Assembly: GCA_035353995.1 (NCBI GenBank)
Contig: DAOQAL010000002.1
Location: 28,729-92,728, forward strand
Direction: 5' to 3'
DNA from: Minisyncoccota bacterium
GTDB taxonomy: Bacteria; Patescibacteriota; Minisyncoccia; Phycocordibacterales; UBA9973
Length of the DNA: 64,000 nucleotides
Part shown: in pieces, positions 19,660-30,488 of the stretch
How the letters are laid out: each line of letters starts with the position of its first letter
Position numbering within the stretch: the stretch's first letter is position 1
Translations under genes and position numbers: made by a program
Notes under the pieces: generated by a model
Seen by the model: only the letters and a program-made list of their open reading frames with translations
What the model was told of the DNA's origin: nothing
Database searches by the model: none

Positions 19660-20757
19660 CTATTCTAGATGTATCAGTGTCATCTTATGACTCTTTGGTT
19701 CAAATAGTGTAATTTGGAAATTGTATTTTTTCCCAAGCTCTAGCTTTTCACGAAGTTTTGATTCTGAACTGAATGTTGAATTGTGTACTAATCCAGCAAC
19801 TCCTTCTTTTATAGAAACCAATGCACCGTGTTTATTGTATTTTATAACAACGCCTTCAATGATGTCGCCCTTTTTCAATTTGCCTTCAAATTCTTTCCAT
19901 GGATTTTCTTTTAGAGCTTTAATTGAAAGAGAGATTTTACCATCTTTTATTTCAATTATTTTTGCACGAACTTCATCTCCAACTTTAAACATGGAACGAG
20001 GATCTTCTACAAGTCCCCAGTCAAGTTCTGAAATATGTACCAATCCCTCAAGTCCATCTTCTAATTTTAAAAACATTCCAAAATCAACTATGCCAGCAAC
20101 TTTGCAAACAAGTTCATCACCAACATTGTACTTACTTAGAATTTCTTTCTTTTCTTCTGGGTTATTATCTTTTTCAGAAAAGATTAATTTTCCTTCTTTT
20201 GGAAGTGTAGAAATAATAATTACTGAAATTTTTTCTCCAACAAGTTTCTTCAATTCCTTTAAAATCTTATCTTTATCGGAATCTTCTACACGAGGATAGT
20301 GGTCAGATTTTAATTGAGAAGCTGGCAAAAATCCTTGTATTCCTTGCCATTCAAGTATAAGTCCTCCTTTATTTGCTTCTTTTATTTCAAGCTCCATTAC
20401 AGTTTTTGCTCTGATAGCTTTTTCTGCATCACTCCAAATTAGGGCTTGTTTTGCTTCTCGCAAAGATAATTCTATATATCCATCTTCATTTTCAGTGTCA
20501 ACTACTTTTGCTTTTATAAGATCTCCTACAGAAATTTTCTTTATGATATCTTTTGCATTAATAAATTCTTTTCCATAAATAATTCCTGTTCCAAAAGGAG
20601 ACAAGTCTACGAATACTGATGATTTTTTTACTAATATAACTGAACCTTCAACTAAAGATTCAATTGCAGGTCTTGATAGACTTCTATCTGCAATTGATTT
20701 CAAAACTGGATTCTCTTTTTCTTCTTTTATTGTTTCTTCTTTTATTGTTGCTTTCAT
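19660..20757 (-). CDS. rpsA: 30S ribosomal protein S1-like (four S1 RNA-binding domains, short form)
   Basis: Repeated S1-domain signatures (GxV...G.FV.L..G..GL.H.SE...). Confidence 0.6.
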   Translation of the reverse strand: MKATIKEETIKEEKENPVLKSIADRSLSRPAIESLVEGSVILVKKSSVFVDLSPFGTGIIYGKEFINAKDIIKKISVGDLIKAKVVDTENEDGYIELSLREAKQALIWSDAEKAIRAKTVMELEIKEANKGGLILEWQGIQGFLPASQLKSDHYPRVEDSDKDKILKELKKLVGEKISVIIISTLPKEGKLIFSEKDNNPEEKKEILSKYNVGDELVCKVAGIVDFGMFLKLEDGLEGLVHISELDWGLVEDPRSMFKVGDEVRAKIIEIKDGKISLSIKALKENPWKEFEGKLKKGDIIEGVVIKYNKHGALVSIKEGVAGLVHNSTFSSESKLREKLELGKKYNFQITLFEPKSHKMTLIHLE

Positions 20758-20983
20758 AAAATCGTTTTAAATTAAAATATCCGCGTAAAGCGGATATAAG
20801 GTCTAGGTGTCGCTTTAGCTTTTGCACAAGCGATGTTACCCTAAATCCATGCTTTTAATATAAATATCATCAAAAAGTAAGGATTACTAAGTGATTGAAT
20901 TTATGTTTTGATATTACTATATTTTATTAAAAAAGCAAGTAAGTGTTTTTTTTAAAAAAATATTATATAATAAAAGAATATTT

Positions 20984-23900
20984 ATGAAAAAAATAAAAAT
21001 TTTATTCGCCATTTGTTTTGTAGTGGTTTCTGTGTTTTGTGTATTTAAAAGTTTTAAAATAAATAATGCTTTAGGTGACGATACACCATCCATATCTTAT
21101 TCTGGTTCTTTTAGAGAGACTTCAGCAGATATAGGAGCTGTTTCTGGTAGTAGGGTAGCTACTATAACTGGAGATACATTTACAAATGCTGGTGGTGTAT
21201 GGGAAGAAGGTACTTATTATTATCTTACCAATAAACCATTTGGATTAAGTTCCAGTATGGCAGTAAGTTCAGATGGGACAACAGCAACGCTAACTTTTTC
21301 TGGTAATGCAAATTCAAGTACAAATTATAGCGATGTTTCAAATTTAACTATCACATTTTTAGATGGAGCTTTTACGAATAACCCAATAGCATCTGATGTT
21401 ACTAATTATACTGATAGTAATGGTGTTGTTGATTTTGTCTCAATTAATTACTGGAAAGAACTGGGTCCTGTTGTAGGTTCGGTTGAGTCTGGTGTTGATA
21501 TAATATCTCTTAAAATTGATTCAAATGATGTTCCTTATGTTGCTTTTAAAGATTCTAATAATAGTTATGGGCTTACCGTTAAGAAATGGAATGGAAGTGC
21601 ATGGAGCGTAGTTGGGTCTGAAAATTTTTCTTCTGGAGCAGTATACAATATTTCTTTTACAATAGATAAAAATGATGTTCCTTATGTGGCATATACTGAT
21701 TCAACAAACAGTTCAAAAATTACTGTTATGACATTTAATGGTTCATCGTGGGTTTTAGTTGGAACAGCCGGTTTCTCTACTGGTGAAGCTACTGCTACAT
21801 CTATTGCTACTGACAATAGTTATACACCTATTCCTTATGTATCATTTTTTGATAGTTCTGGAAATGTAGAAGTTATGAAATTTGTTGGTATTGATGAAAC
21901 ATATACAACTGGATGGCAAAAAGTTGGCCTTGATATAACTGCCGATAATACAGTTACTGATACTTCTATTGCTCTTAATTCAAGTAATATTCCTTATGTA
22001 GCTTATGTAAAACATTTATTATACGTAGGATCATATACATTTGTTCTAGAATATTCTTCTGATGTCTGGACAGCAGTTGGAGATTTATCTACTGTTCAGT
22101 TAGATTACAATAATTTTGCAATTGATTCACAAGATAATCTTTATGTATCATTTGTCTCAATAAAAGATGGTAGTTATATGAAGTCTATTAAGATAACAAA
22201 ATGGGATGGAAGTGCATGGGTTGATTTACCTATTGCATTTACACTAAACCCTACTACTGAAATTGATATTTCTTCTATATCTTTAGCTTTAGACAAAAAT
22301 GATATACCTTATGTAGCATATCCTGACTATGGATACACTGGTGATAGCCCTCGTATGGCTACGGTTGTAAGTTGTGATAACTGTGATAGTAAATGGAATC
22401 TAGTTGGTAATTCTGATTTTTCATATTATGCTGCGGATGATTTATCTCTTTCTTTAGACTCTAATAATATTCCTTATTTAGCTTTTAATGGAGAAAGCTT
22501 TAACGAAGTAGATTCTGGTGCTATCGTTATGACTTTTAAAACAGTTGAGCAGGTTGTTGGGCTATCCGCTACTGCTGGTGATTCAGAAGTTGATTTGTCT
22601 TGGACTCAATTAATAAATGATGGGTATTTTATTACTGATTATATTATAGAATACAAATTATCTTCAGGCGGTTCTTGGTCTACTTTTGATGATGGAACTT
22701 CGGAAAATCCTACAGCTACTGTTACTGGTTTATCTAATGGATCAAGTTATGATTTTAGAGTCAAGGCTTATAATTCTGTTTTAGGTGAAGGAACTGTTTC
22801 TTCTGTTGCTACGGCTACTCCAGTTTCCGCTACTTCTGCACCTTCGCAAGTTACTGGTCTTTCGGCAAATACAGATAGTATTAGTGAAATTAATTTATCT
22901 TGGACTGCACCTGATGATGGAGGATCTGATATAACTGATTATTTAATTGAATATAAATTAACTTCAGATAGTTCTTGGTCTACTTTTAATGATGGAACTT
23001 CAACAGAAATTACAGAAACAGTAAATGATCTTGATAGCGATACTAGTTATGATTTTAGAGTAAGCGCAATTAATTCTGTTGGAACAGGAACAGCATCTGA
23101 TATAGCAAGTGCAACAACAAAGAAAAAAACTTCTTCTGGTTCCTCAGCTTCTCAAACTATATCACCTGTAACAGAGCCAATAACACAACCCGTAACAGGG
23201 CCTATTACTCCTGTAAATCCACCAATAACAACACCAACAGAGCCTGCAAAACCTATTAATAATGAACCTAAAGAAACAAAACCACCACAACCAGATGAAG
23301 TGGCTCCAGTATTATCACCAATAGAAGAACCAGTAGTCGAAGATTTGCCACCAACAGAAGACGATACAAAACAAATAACAGAACCAGGTGATTCTTTGTG
23401 GAATACAATTTCTAAAGAAATAAGAAAAAGTTTTGTTGCAGTAAGTGATGCATCTTCTAGTGCATATTGGACAGCAAAAGAAGAAATAAATAAAAAAGAA
23501 GTTTCAGTTTTTATAAAAATTTTGACAACTGCTGGCATAGCGATCGGTGCTTTGTTTTCTGTTTTGCCAACATTGTTTGCTAGCCCATTTTCATTTTCAG
23601 AAATAGTATTATTGCCGTTTCGTATATGGTCATTACTTTTAGCTGCTTTGGGATTAAAAAAACGAAATCGTCCTTGGGGTACAGTCTATGATAGTGTTAC
23701 AAAACAACCACTTGATCCAGCTTATGTAATATTAAAAGATGAAAATGGAAAAGAAATTGCTTCTTCAATAACAGATCTTGATGGAAGATATGGATTCTTG
23801 GTAGAAGAAGGAAATTACACATTAGAAGTAAATAAGACGGATTATAAATTCCCATCAAAAAATCTTGAAGGAAAAAATTCAGATGAATTATATCAAAACC

Positions 23901-24445
23901 TTTATCAAGGAGAAGTTATTTCTGTAATGAATTCCGAAGAAGTTATTACAAAAAATATTCCAATGGATCCAATAAAATTTAACTGGAACGAATTTGCTAA
24001 AAAGCAACAGAAACTAAATAAATTTTATTCAAGAAAAGATTTTATCTTTAATAGGATTTCAACAGCATTATTTATCCTTGGTGGAATTACTTCAATTCTT
24101 GCATTGTTATTAGCACCTGAACCGTACAATATAATAATTTTTGCAGTTTATATAGTTCTTTTTGTACTAAGACAGCTTGGTATAAGACCTAAAGATAAAG
24201 GAACTATTTTGGAAAATAATCATCCTTTGCCTTTCTCAATTATCAGAGTATTCCAAAAAGCAACAAATACAGAAATAATACACAAGGTTTCTGATAAGCA
24301 TGGTAAGTTTTATTGTTTAGTTCCAAATGGAAGTTATTATATAAAAATAGAAAAAAAGCTAGAATCTGGTGATTATGAAACTGTTCATGTTTCAGGAATA
24401 ATTGATGTTGCTAAGGGTTTAATAAAGGGGAAATTTGAAGTATAA
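20984..24445 (+). CDS. Large cell-surface protein with mixed domains: signal peptide, ~40-aa ND(V/I)PYVAY repeats, two fibronectin type-III domains, Pro/Thr-rich stalk, TM segments, two carboxypeptidase-regulatory-like (CarbopepD_reg / transthyretin-like) beta-sandwich domains
   Basis: Signal peptide MKKIKILFAICFVVVSVFCVF. At least 7 repeats containing NDVPYVA(F/Y) and W..VG. Fn3-like modules (LSWTQ...YIIEYKL...YDFRVKAYNSVLGEG, and a second copy). P/T-rich linker. Hydrophobic helices around residues 840-890 and 1020-1060. GTVYDSVTKQPLDPAYVILKDENGKEIASSITDLDGRYGF is CarbopepD_reg-like. Confidence 0.6.
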   Translation: MKKIKILFAICFVVVSVFCVFKSFKINNALGDDTPSISYSGSFRETSADIGAVSGSRVATITGDTFTNAGGVWEEGTYYYLTNKPFGLSSSMAVSSDGTTATLTFSGNANSSTNYSDVSNLTITFLDGAFTNNPIASDVTNYTDSNGVVDFVSINYWKELGPVVGSVESGVDIISLKIDSNDVPYVAFKDSNNSYGLTVKKWNGSAWSVVGSENFSSGAVYNISFTIDKNDVPYVAYTDSTNSSKITVMTFNGSSWVLVGTAGFSTGEATATSIATDNSYTPIPYVSFFDSSGNVEVMKFVGIDETYTTGWQKVGLDITADNTVTDTSIALNSSNIPYVAYVKHLLYVGSYTFVLEYSSDVWTAVGDLSTVQLDYNNFAIDSQDNLYVSFVSIKDGSYMKSIKITKWDGSAWVDLPIAFTLNPTTEIDISSISLALDKNDIPYVAYPDYGYTGDSPRMATVVSCDNCDSKWNLVGNSDFSYYAADDLSLSLDSNNIPYLAFNGESFNEVDSGAIVMTFKTVEQVVGLSATAGDSEVDLSWTQLINDGYFITDYIIEYKLSSGGSWSTFDDGTSENPTATVTGLSNGSSYDFRVKAYNSVLGEGTVSSVATATPVSATSAPSQVTGLSANTDSISEINLSWTAPDDGGSDITDYLIEYKLTSDSSWSTFNDGTSTEITETVNDLDSDTSYDFRVSAINSVGTGTASDIASATTKKKTSSGSSASQTISPVTEPITQPVTGPITPVNPPITTPTEPAKPINNEPKETKPPQPDEVAPVLSPIEEPVVEDLPPTEDDTKQITEPGDSLWNTISKEIRKSFVAVSDASSSAYWTAKEEINKKEVSVFIKILTTAGIAIGALFSVLPTLFASPFSFSEIVLLPFRIWSLLLAALGLKKRNRPWGTVYDSVTKQPLDPAYVILKDENGKEIASSITDLDGRYGFLVEEGNYTLEVNKTDYKFPSKNLEGKNSDELYQNLYQGEVISVMNSEEVITKNIPMDPIKFNWNEFAKKQQKLNKFYSRKDFIFNRISTALFILGGITSILALLLAPEPYNIIIFAVYIVLFVLRQLGIRPKDKGTILENNHPLPFSIIRVFQKATNTEIIHKVSDKHGKFYCLVPNGSYYIKIEKKLESGDYETVHVSGIIDVAKGLIKGKFEV

Positions 24446-24516
24446 GAATATTTCTGACCTTTTTGTGCTTATAAAAAAGATGATTTTTCTTTTATTTTTT
24501 GCTATAATATATAGTA

Positions 24517-25143
24517 ATGATAATCACATATTTTGGAAAACAATTTTTTAAAATACAACAAGGTGAAATGGTTATTGCATTTAACCCTGTAAGTAAAAGC
24601 TCTAAATTAGATATATCTACTCATTTTGGTGCTGACATAGCTCTTGTAACTACAAATCATCCAGACTATAACGGTGTTGAACAATTATCATATGGAGACA
24701 GAGAACCATTTGTTATTAATGGGCCAGGTGATTATGAAGTTAAAGAAATATTTATTAAAGGAGTAATGTCGCCAGCATTAGTTGATAATAAAAAATACGT
24801 AAACAGTGTTTATCTTCTTACTGTAGATGACATGGATATATTATTCCTTGGAGCTTTATCTGATTCTGAAGTAAGCAAAGAATCACGTGAAGCTATAGAA
24901 GAACCAGATATTCTTTTTGTGCCAATAGGTGGAAAGGGAATTATCGATGCAAAACAAGCAGCAAAATTTGCTTCTTCTCTTGAACCAAAACTTATTATTC
25001 CTATGGATTATGATGATGCATCACTTAAAACTTTTTTGAAAGAACTAAGTGAAGAAAAAGCTGAAGTCGTTGATAAACTTACAATAAAGAAAAAAGATTT
25101 AGAAGGAAAAGAAGGTGAGGTCGTAGTATTAAAATCAATTTAA
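24517..25143 (+). CDS. MBL-fold metal-dependent hydrolase (UPF0173/Lactamase_B_3-like)
   Basis: IITYFGKQFFKIQ...MVIAFNP N-terminus and overall pattern typical of the small beta-lactamase-fold hydrolases. Confidence 0.5.
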   Translation: MIITYFGKQFFKIQQGEMVIAFNPVSKSSKLDISTHFGADIALVTTNHPDYNGVEQLSYGDREPFVINGPGDYEVKEIFIKGVMSPALVDNKKYVNSVYLLTVDDMDILFLGALSDSEVSKESREAIEEPDILFVPIGGKGIIDAKQAAKFASSLEPKLIIPMDYDDASLKTFLKELSEEKAEVVDKLTIKKKDLEGKEGEVVVLKSI

Positions 25144-25170
25144 TTATTCCGTTAATTCGGATTAATATTT

Positions 25171-25422
25171 ATGAAAAGAGTAATTCATCATTTAAGAAAA
25201 AAACCAGAAGAAGAAAGAAGACATATTTTGCATCTTTCTGTTATTATAATTGGAATTATTTTAATTTTTCTTTGGACACTATCTTTAGGAAGAAGTATTA
25301 CAAATAAAGATACAAAGATAAAAATGAAGCAAGATTTAAAACCATTTTCCGTTTTGAAAGAAAATATGGTCGGAGGTTATAATAGTATTACAACGGGAGA
25401 AAGTTCCAACACTGCTGAATAA
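25171..25422 (+). CDS. Hypothetical small membrane protein
   Basis: 83 aa with a single TM helix ([20 protein letters not shown]). Confidence 0.3.
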   Translation: MKRVIHHLRKKPEEERRHILHLSVIIIGIILIFLWTLSLGRSITNKDTKIKMKQDLKPFSVLKENMVGGYNSITTGESSNTAE

Positions 25423-25427
25423 TATTT

Positions 25428-27890
25428 ATGGCTAAAAAAACAATTGATCCAATAGAAAAAAAACCAAGAGAAGATGAAATTCTTCCAGTAAACATAGTTA
25501 GCGAAATGAAAGAGTCGTATTTGGCTTATGCTATGTCTGTTATTACATCACGTGCATTGCCAGACGTAAGAGATGGATTAAAACCTGTTCACAGAAGAAT
25601 ATTATTTGCTATGAATGAAATGGGACTTACTTCAAGTTCTAGATTTAGAAAATCCGCTGCTGTTGTTGGAGATGTTTTAGGAAAATATCATCCTCACGGA
25701 GATGTGGCAGTGTATGACACAATGGTTGGTATGGCACAAGAATTTTCTTATCGTTATCCTTTTATTTTAGGTCAAGGTAACTTTGGTTCTATAGATGGAG
25801 ACAGTGCAGCTGCAATGCGTTATACAGAGACGAAGATGGCAAAAATTTCTAATGAACTTTTAAAAGATTTAGATAAAGAAACAGTTGATTTTCGTCCAAA
25901 CTATGACCAAACACGTAAAGAACCGACAGTTCTTCCTGCAGCTGTTCCCGCATTGTTATTAAATGGAACACTTGGTATTGCTGTTGGTATGGCAACGAAT
26001 ATCCCACCTCACAATTTAGCAGAAGTTGTAGATGCAACAAGATTTTTAATTGATAAAGAAGATGCAACTACAGAAGATTTAATGCAATTTATTAAAGGGC
26101 CTGATTTTCCTACTGGTGGAATTGCTTATGGATATAAAGATATTCTTCATGCATATTCTTCAGGACGTGGAGGTGTTGTTTGTAGAGGAGAAGCTGAAAT
26201 AATTGAAACAAAAGGAGGAATGTACCAAATAGTTATAACTTCTATTCCTTTTAGAGTAAATAAAGCAAACTTAATAATGTCTATTGCAGACCTTGTTCAA
26301 GAAAAAAAGCTTGAAGGTATAAAAGGGTTAAGAGATGAATCTACAAAAGATATTCGTATAGTTATTGATTTAAAAAGTGGTGCTCATCCTGAAAAAATTC
26401 TAAATTATATTTATAAAAATACTCAACTTGAATCAAATTTCAATTTTAATATTGTTGCATTAGTTGATGGAGTGCCACAAACACTTTCTCTAAAATCTAT
26501 TCTTGTTGAATTTATTGCTCATAGACGTGATGTTATAAAAAGAAGATGTCAATATGATTTAAGAAAAGCTGAAGAACGTGAACATATTTTATTAGGTCTT
26601 AAAAAAGCCCTTGATAAAATTGATAGAATCATAACTGTTATAAGAAATTCAAAAGACGCACAGATTGCAAAAATAAATTTGATAAAGGAATTTAAATTTT
26701 CTGATTTGCAGGCAGCTGCAATATTAGAAATTAAATTACAGAAATTAGCTGGATTAGAAAGAAAAGCAGTGGAAGATGAATTAGCAGAAAAACAGAAATT
26801 TATTAAGGAAATGAAAGAACTTTTAACAAGTCCTAAAAAAATGTTGAAAGTTGTATCAGACGAATTAAAAGAAATTCGTGATAGATATTTTGATGAGAGA
26901 AGAACAAAAATAATTAAAGGAGGAGTGAAAGAAATTAATGATGAAGATTTGATTCCAGATACAGAAACTGTTCTTGTTTTCACTGCTGGTGGATACGTAA
27001 AACGTACTGATCCTAGTGAATACAGAGCACAAAAGAGAGGGGGAGTTGGTGTTGTGGATTTAGAAACAAAAGAAGAAGATTTTGTAACGATGCTTGTTTC
27101 AGGGTCTACTCATAATGATTTGTTGTTCTTTACTAATACAGGAAAAGCTTATCAAATGAAAATGTATGATATTCCTGAAGGACGTCGTGCAACAAAAGGA
27201 AAATCAATTATGAACTTCTTGTCTCTTTCTGGAGATGAAAAAGTCACATCTATTTTGTCTCTACCAAAAGAAGCCAAAAAACTTCCTTCTTCTTTGGTTC
27301 TTGTAACAAAAAATGGAACAGCGAAAAAAATGTCAGGGGAAAGCTTTAAAGATGTTCGCCGAAGTGGAATTATTTCAATAAGATTAGATAAAGGTGACCA
27401 ATTAGTTCAAGCTCTTTTAGTTGATAAAGGTGACGAGATAATGATTGCAACAGAAGGAGGTCAGTCAATAAGATTCAAAGAAAGTGATGTTAGAGAAATG
27501 GGAAGAACTGCTGGCGGAGTGCGAGGAATTAAATTAGGAAAAAATGATGAAGTAATTGGTGTTGATGTTATTAAAAAAGATCAAAAAGATGGAGCATTTC
27601 TTACAATGAGTGCAAATGGTTTTGGTAAAAAAACTGCTCTTAAAGAATATAAAGTACAAAAGCGTGGTGGTTCAGGAATCAAAACAGCAAAAGTTACAAC
27701 AAAAACAGGAAAATTGATTGTAGCAAAAGTTTTGAGTACTGAAGAAGAAGAACTAATAGCAATGTCAAAAAAGGGACAAGTAATTAGAACTGCTCTAAAA
27801 GATATTCCATCATTAGGACGTCAAACTCAAGGAGTTACAATAATGCGTCTTCGCGCAGGGGACGGTATTGCATCTCTTACCTGCATGTAA
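25428..27890 (+). CDS. gyrA: DNA gyrase subunit A
   Basis: [26 protein letters not shown], the active-site Tyr region, and C-terminal beta-pinwheel repeats with GyrA-box-like QKRGGSG. Confidence 0.95.
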   Translation: MAKKTIDPIEKKPREDEILPVNIVSEMKESYLAYAMSVITSRALPDVRDGLKPVHRRILFAMNEMGLTSSSRFRKSAAVVGDVLGKYHPHGDVAVYDTMVGMAQEFSYRYPFILGQGNFGSIDGDSAAAMRYTETKMAKISNELLKDLDKETVDFRPNYDQTRKEPTVLPAAVPALLLNGTLGIAVGMATNIPPHNLAEVVDATRFLIDKEDATTEDLMQFIKGPDFPTGGIAYGYKDILHAYSSGRGGVVCRGEAEIIETKGGMYQIVITSIPFRVNKANLIMSIADLVQEKKLEGIKGLRDESTKDIRIVIDLKSGAHPEKILNYIYKNTQLESNFNFNIVALVDGVPQTLSLKSILVEFIAHRRDVIKRRCQYDLRKAEEREHILLGLKKALDKIDRIITVIRNSKDAQIAKINLIKEFKFSDLQAAAILEIKLQKLAGLERKAVEDELAEKQKFIKEMKELLTSPKKMLKVVSDELKEIRDRYFDERRTKIIKGGVKEINDEDLIPDTETVLVFTAGGYVKRTDPSEYRAQKRGGVGVVDLETKEEDFVTMLVSGSTHNDLLFFTNTGKAYQMKMYDIPEGRRATKGKSIMNFLSLSGDEKVTSILSLPKEAKKLPSSLVLVTKNGTAKKMSGESFKDVRRSGIISIRLDKGDQLVQALLVDKGDEIMIATEGGQSIRFKESDVREMGRTAGGVRGIKLGKNDEVIGVDVIKKDQKDGAFLTMSANGFGKKTALKEYKVQKRGGSGIKTAKVTTKTGKLIVAKVLSTEEEELIAMSKKGQVIRTALKDIPSLGRQTQGVTIMRLRAGDGIASLTCM

Positions 27891-27909
27891 ATTTCTCAAA
27901 CTCTCAAAC

Positions 27910-27930
27910 TGTCAAAGACCGTCTTTGACA
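27910..27930. repeat. REP palindrome TGTCAAAGACCGTCTTTGACA (copy C) overlapping the 3' end of the RAYT gene
   Basis: The last 7 codons of the RAYT ORF (KHVKDGL*) are read from this palindrome. Confidence 0.65.
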
Positions 27931-28541
27931 TGCTTGGTGTTATTGGCTATAGTTTCTTTTTCGAAATCTTTTTTGCTGAAAACTGATTCTAAAAAATCTT
28001 TAAATACGATTGATGAATTTCTATTTTCGGTAAAATCTTTATAGCTACTCCATTTATATTGACCAGGGTGTTTAACTAAACCATCCTTTACTGGATTCAT
28101 ATGTATATAAGCGGAAGTCCACATAAACTGCGGATTGTTTTCAATATTTACTGCTTTAAATTTATCTTGAAATACATGTCCAACTTTTTTATATTTTAAA
28201 TTTAGATATTTTGCATAGCTAGTACATGTTTGAGATATTAGCCTAGAAATAGGAACATCTCCGCATTGTTCTATCAATAAATGAAAATGATTTGGCATAA
28301 GGCAAAAAGAATGTAATTTAAATGATTTAGCATTTCCGTTTATTCTAATTCGTGAATTTTTTACTGACGATATGTCATCTTTTTTTAGAATTTCTTTATC
28401 TACTCCGAGAGATAGACCAAGTCTAAAAAGGAAAGCATTATAGTCGCTTTCTTCGTGGAAAATTTTTTCTTTATTATTACCTCGATTGTAAACATGCACC
28501 AAAGCACCAGGCATAAATGTTTTATAGTCTCTATTGTTCAT
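27912..28541 (-). mobile_element. REP-associated tyrosine transposase (RAYT), IS200/IS605 TnpA-like Y1 HUH enzyme
   Basis: HUH motif CLMPNHFHLLI. C-terminal catalytic-Tyr helix FMWTSAYIHMNPVKDGLVKHPGQYKWSSYKDF closely parallels E. coli RAYT (YafM) ...[28 protein letters not shown] as recalled from memory. N-terminal HVYNRGNNKEKIF. Flanked on both sides by the same palindrome. Confidence 0.8.
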
Positions 28542-28551
28542 AAATCAATTA

Positions 28552-28572
28552 TGTCAAAGACCGTCTTTGACA
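28552..28572. repeat. REP palindrome TGTCAAAGACCGTCTTTGACA (copy D), 11 bp upstream of the RAYT start codon
   Basis: Exact 21-bp copy. Confidence 0.65.
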
Positions 28573-28646
28573 GCAAGGAGATTGTTAATAACTATAGACA
28601 ACTATAGGCGAAAAAGATTTTTTATACTATAATATATAGTATATAT

Positions 28647-29174
28647 ATGTTTGCTGATCCGATAAAAAATTTAAAACAACTTGGATTAAGAGAAGATATG
28701 ATTGTAGCTGATTTAGGGGCGGGAACAGGTTTTTATTCTATTGCTGCAGCAAAAATGGTACCAAATGGAAAAGTATATGCTATAGAAGTAATAAAAGATT
28801 ATTTGATTACTATAAAAAATAAAGCGAAAGAATTTCATATTAACAATCTTGAATGTTTTTGGGGAGATATTGAAAAACTTGGTGGAACAAAATTAAAAGA
28901 TGGCATTGTTGATGCTGTTATACTTTCGAATATTTTATCTCAAATTGAGGACAAGAGTGGTCTTGTTCTTGAAGTTAAAAGAATATTAAAACAAAATGGT
29001 AAGGTTCTTGTAGTAGACTGGTCTGAATCTTCTGCTTTAGGTCCAAAACCAGATAAAATAATTTTGAAAGATAAAGTAGTTGAAATATTTGCAAAAAAAG
29101 GATTAACTTTTAATCGTGATATTGATGCTGGTAGTCATCATTATGGTATTGTTTTAACAAATAAAAAAATATGA
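28647..29174 (+). CDS. Class I SAM-dependent methyltransferase
   Basis: Motif I VADLGAGTGFYSIAAA and motif post-I/II spacing typical of Methyltransf_11/25. Confidence 0.6.
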   Translation: MFADPIKNLKQLGLREDMIVADLGAGTGFYSIAAAKMVPNGKVYAIEVIKDYLITIKNKAKEFHINNLECFWGDIEKLGGTKLKDGIVDAVILSNILSQIEDKSGLVLEVKRILKQNGKVLVVDWSESSALGPKPDKIILKDKVVEIFAKKGLTFNRDIDAGSHHYGIVLTNKKI

Positions 29175-30466
29175 AAGGAAATTTTAAAATAGTAATGTTA
29201 GTTATTTGTATTATTGCAGCTGTTTTTGGAATTTTAGTTTTTGCTGGATTAATTACAATTGGTAGTGATAAAAACGAAGAAGGCTCTCTTGGTACAGTCA
29301 TAATATGGGGAACAGATAAAATGCAAAACCTAGCTAAGCCAATAGAGAATTTCAATAAAGTAAATACAACCTTTACGGTAAAGTATGTTCAAAAAGACGC
29401 AGAAACATTTGATGAAGACTTACTCGAAGCTCTTGCTTCAGGAACAGGTCCTGATATGTTTTTTATCTCTAATGAATTAGCACATAAATACAGTAATAAA
29501 ATTTATACTATTCCATACACAAGTTATCCATTGGCTTCATTTAAAGGTACATTTGCAAGCGCTGGTGATGTATTTTTGACTTCAAATGGTGTATTAGCAT
29601 TTCCTTTAACGATAGACCCTATTGTTATGTATTACAACAGAAGCATATTGGATTCAAGCAATGTAATTTATCCACCAACAAATTGGACTGAATTAACAAA
29701 TCTTGTGCCTTCAATTACAGTAAAAGATGGATCAAATAAAATTTCAACAAGCACTGTTGCATTAGGCCAGTTTTCAAATATACTTCATGCAAAAGATATT
29801 TTAGTAACTCTTTTTATGCAGGCTGGAAATTCTATAGTAACTGAAAGTAATGGGACATTTTCTTCGGTTTTAGATTCAACAGATTCAAAATATAGTCTTA
29901 GCTCGATGCTAGAATATTATACGAATTTTTCTGACCCATTAAGCGATACATATTCTTGGAACAAATCACTTGCAAATTCGCAAGATTATTTTAGCTCAGA
30001 AAATTTAGCATTTTATTTTGGATATGCAAGTGAGATGGAAACATTGGTAAATAAAAATCCAAATTTAAATTTTCTAGTTTCTGCTATTCCTCAAATAGAA
30101 AATTCTAAAACAAAGGTAACAAATTCTAAGGTTACCGGTATAGCAATTTCTTCATTTTCTAAAAATTTCAGCACGGCTTTTACTGCTGCAAGTTTGATGT
30201 CAACGGGTAGTTTTGCATCTGATTATATAAAAGCTACATCATATATACCTGCAAGAAGAGATCTTCTTTCTGAAAAAAAGACCGATGCATTTTCTCCTAT
30301 ATTTTATGCTTCAGCATTATACGCAAAAAGTTGGATTGATCCATCTAGTGAAGACACGAATGATATTTTTAGAACTATGATTGATGGAACTCTTTCGAAT
30401 AGCTTATCAACAAATGAAGCCATAAAAGATTCAAGCGCAAAACTTGATTTATTATTAGCGAAATAA
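29171..30466 (+). CDS. Extracellular solute-binding protein (ABC transporter SBP family 1, sugar-type), membrane-anchored
   Basis: N-terminal TM anchor followed by a MalE-like alpha/beta domain (TVIIWGTDKMQNLAKPIENFNK...). Confidence 0.5.
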   Translation: MKGNFKIVMLVICIIAAVFGILVFAGLITIGSDKNEEGSLGTVIIWGTDKMQNLAKPIENFNKVNTTFTVKYVQKDAETFDEDLLEALASGTGPDMFFISNELAHKYSNKIYTIPYTSYPLASFKGTFASAGDVFLTSNGVLAFPLTIDPIVMYYNRSILDSSNVIYPPTNWTELTNLVPSITVKDGSNKISTSTVALGQFSNILHAKDILVTLFMQAGNSIVTESNGTFSSVLDSTDSKYSLSSMLEYYTNFSDPLSDTYSWNKSLANSQDYFSSENLAFYFGYASEMETLVNKNPNLNFLVSAIPQIENSKTKVTNSKVTGIAISSFSKNFSTAFTAASLMSTGSFASDYIKATSYIPARRDLLSEKKTDAFSPIFYASALYAKSWIDPSSEDTNDIFRTMIDGTLSNSLSTNEAIKDSSAKLDLLLAK

Positions 30467-30488
30467 AATTTATATAAATTTTTAAGAT

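Noticed and set aside
19721-20299. 192-aa plus-strand ORF antisense to the S1 protein gene; similar antisense ORFs at 23152..23538, 26549..26983, 44592..45002, 58205..58540
   Set aside because: Each lies inside a confidently identified conserved CDS on the opposite strand, and each has a low-complexity Ser/Phe/Ile-rich translation typical of AT-rich antisense frames.
20758-20983. Divergent intergenic region scanned for SRP RNA, RNase P RNA or tmRNA-like conserved motifs
   Set aside because: It has hairpins (ATCCGCGTAAAGCGGAT), but none of the universally conserved motifs (SRP GGAA/AGCAG domain IV, RNase P P4 ACAGNRA...) could be recognised by eye. Probably just promoter and UTR sequence.
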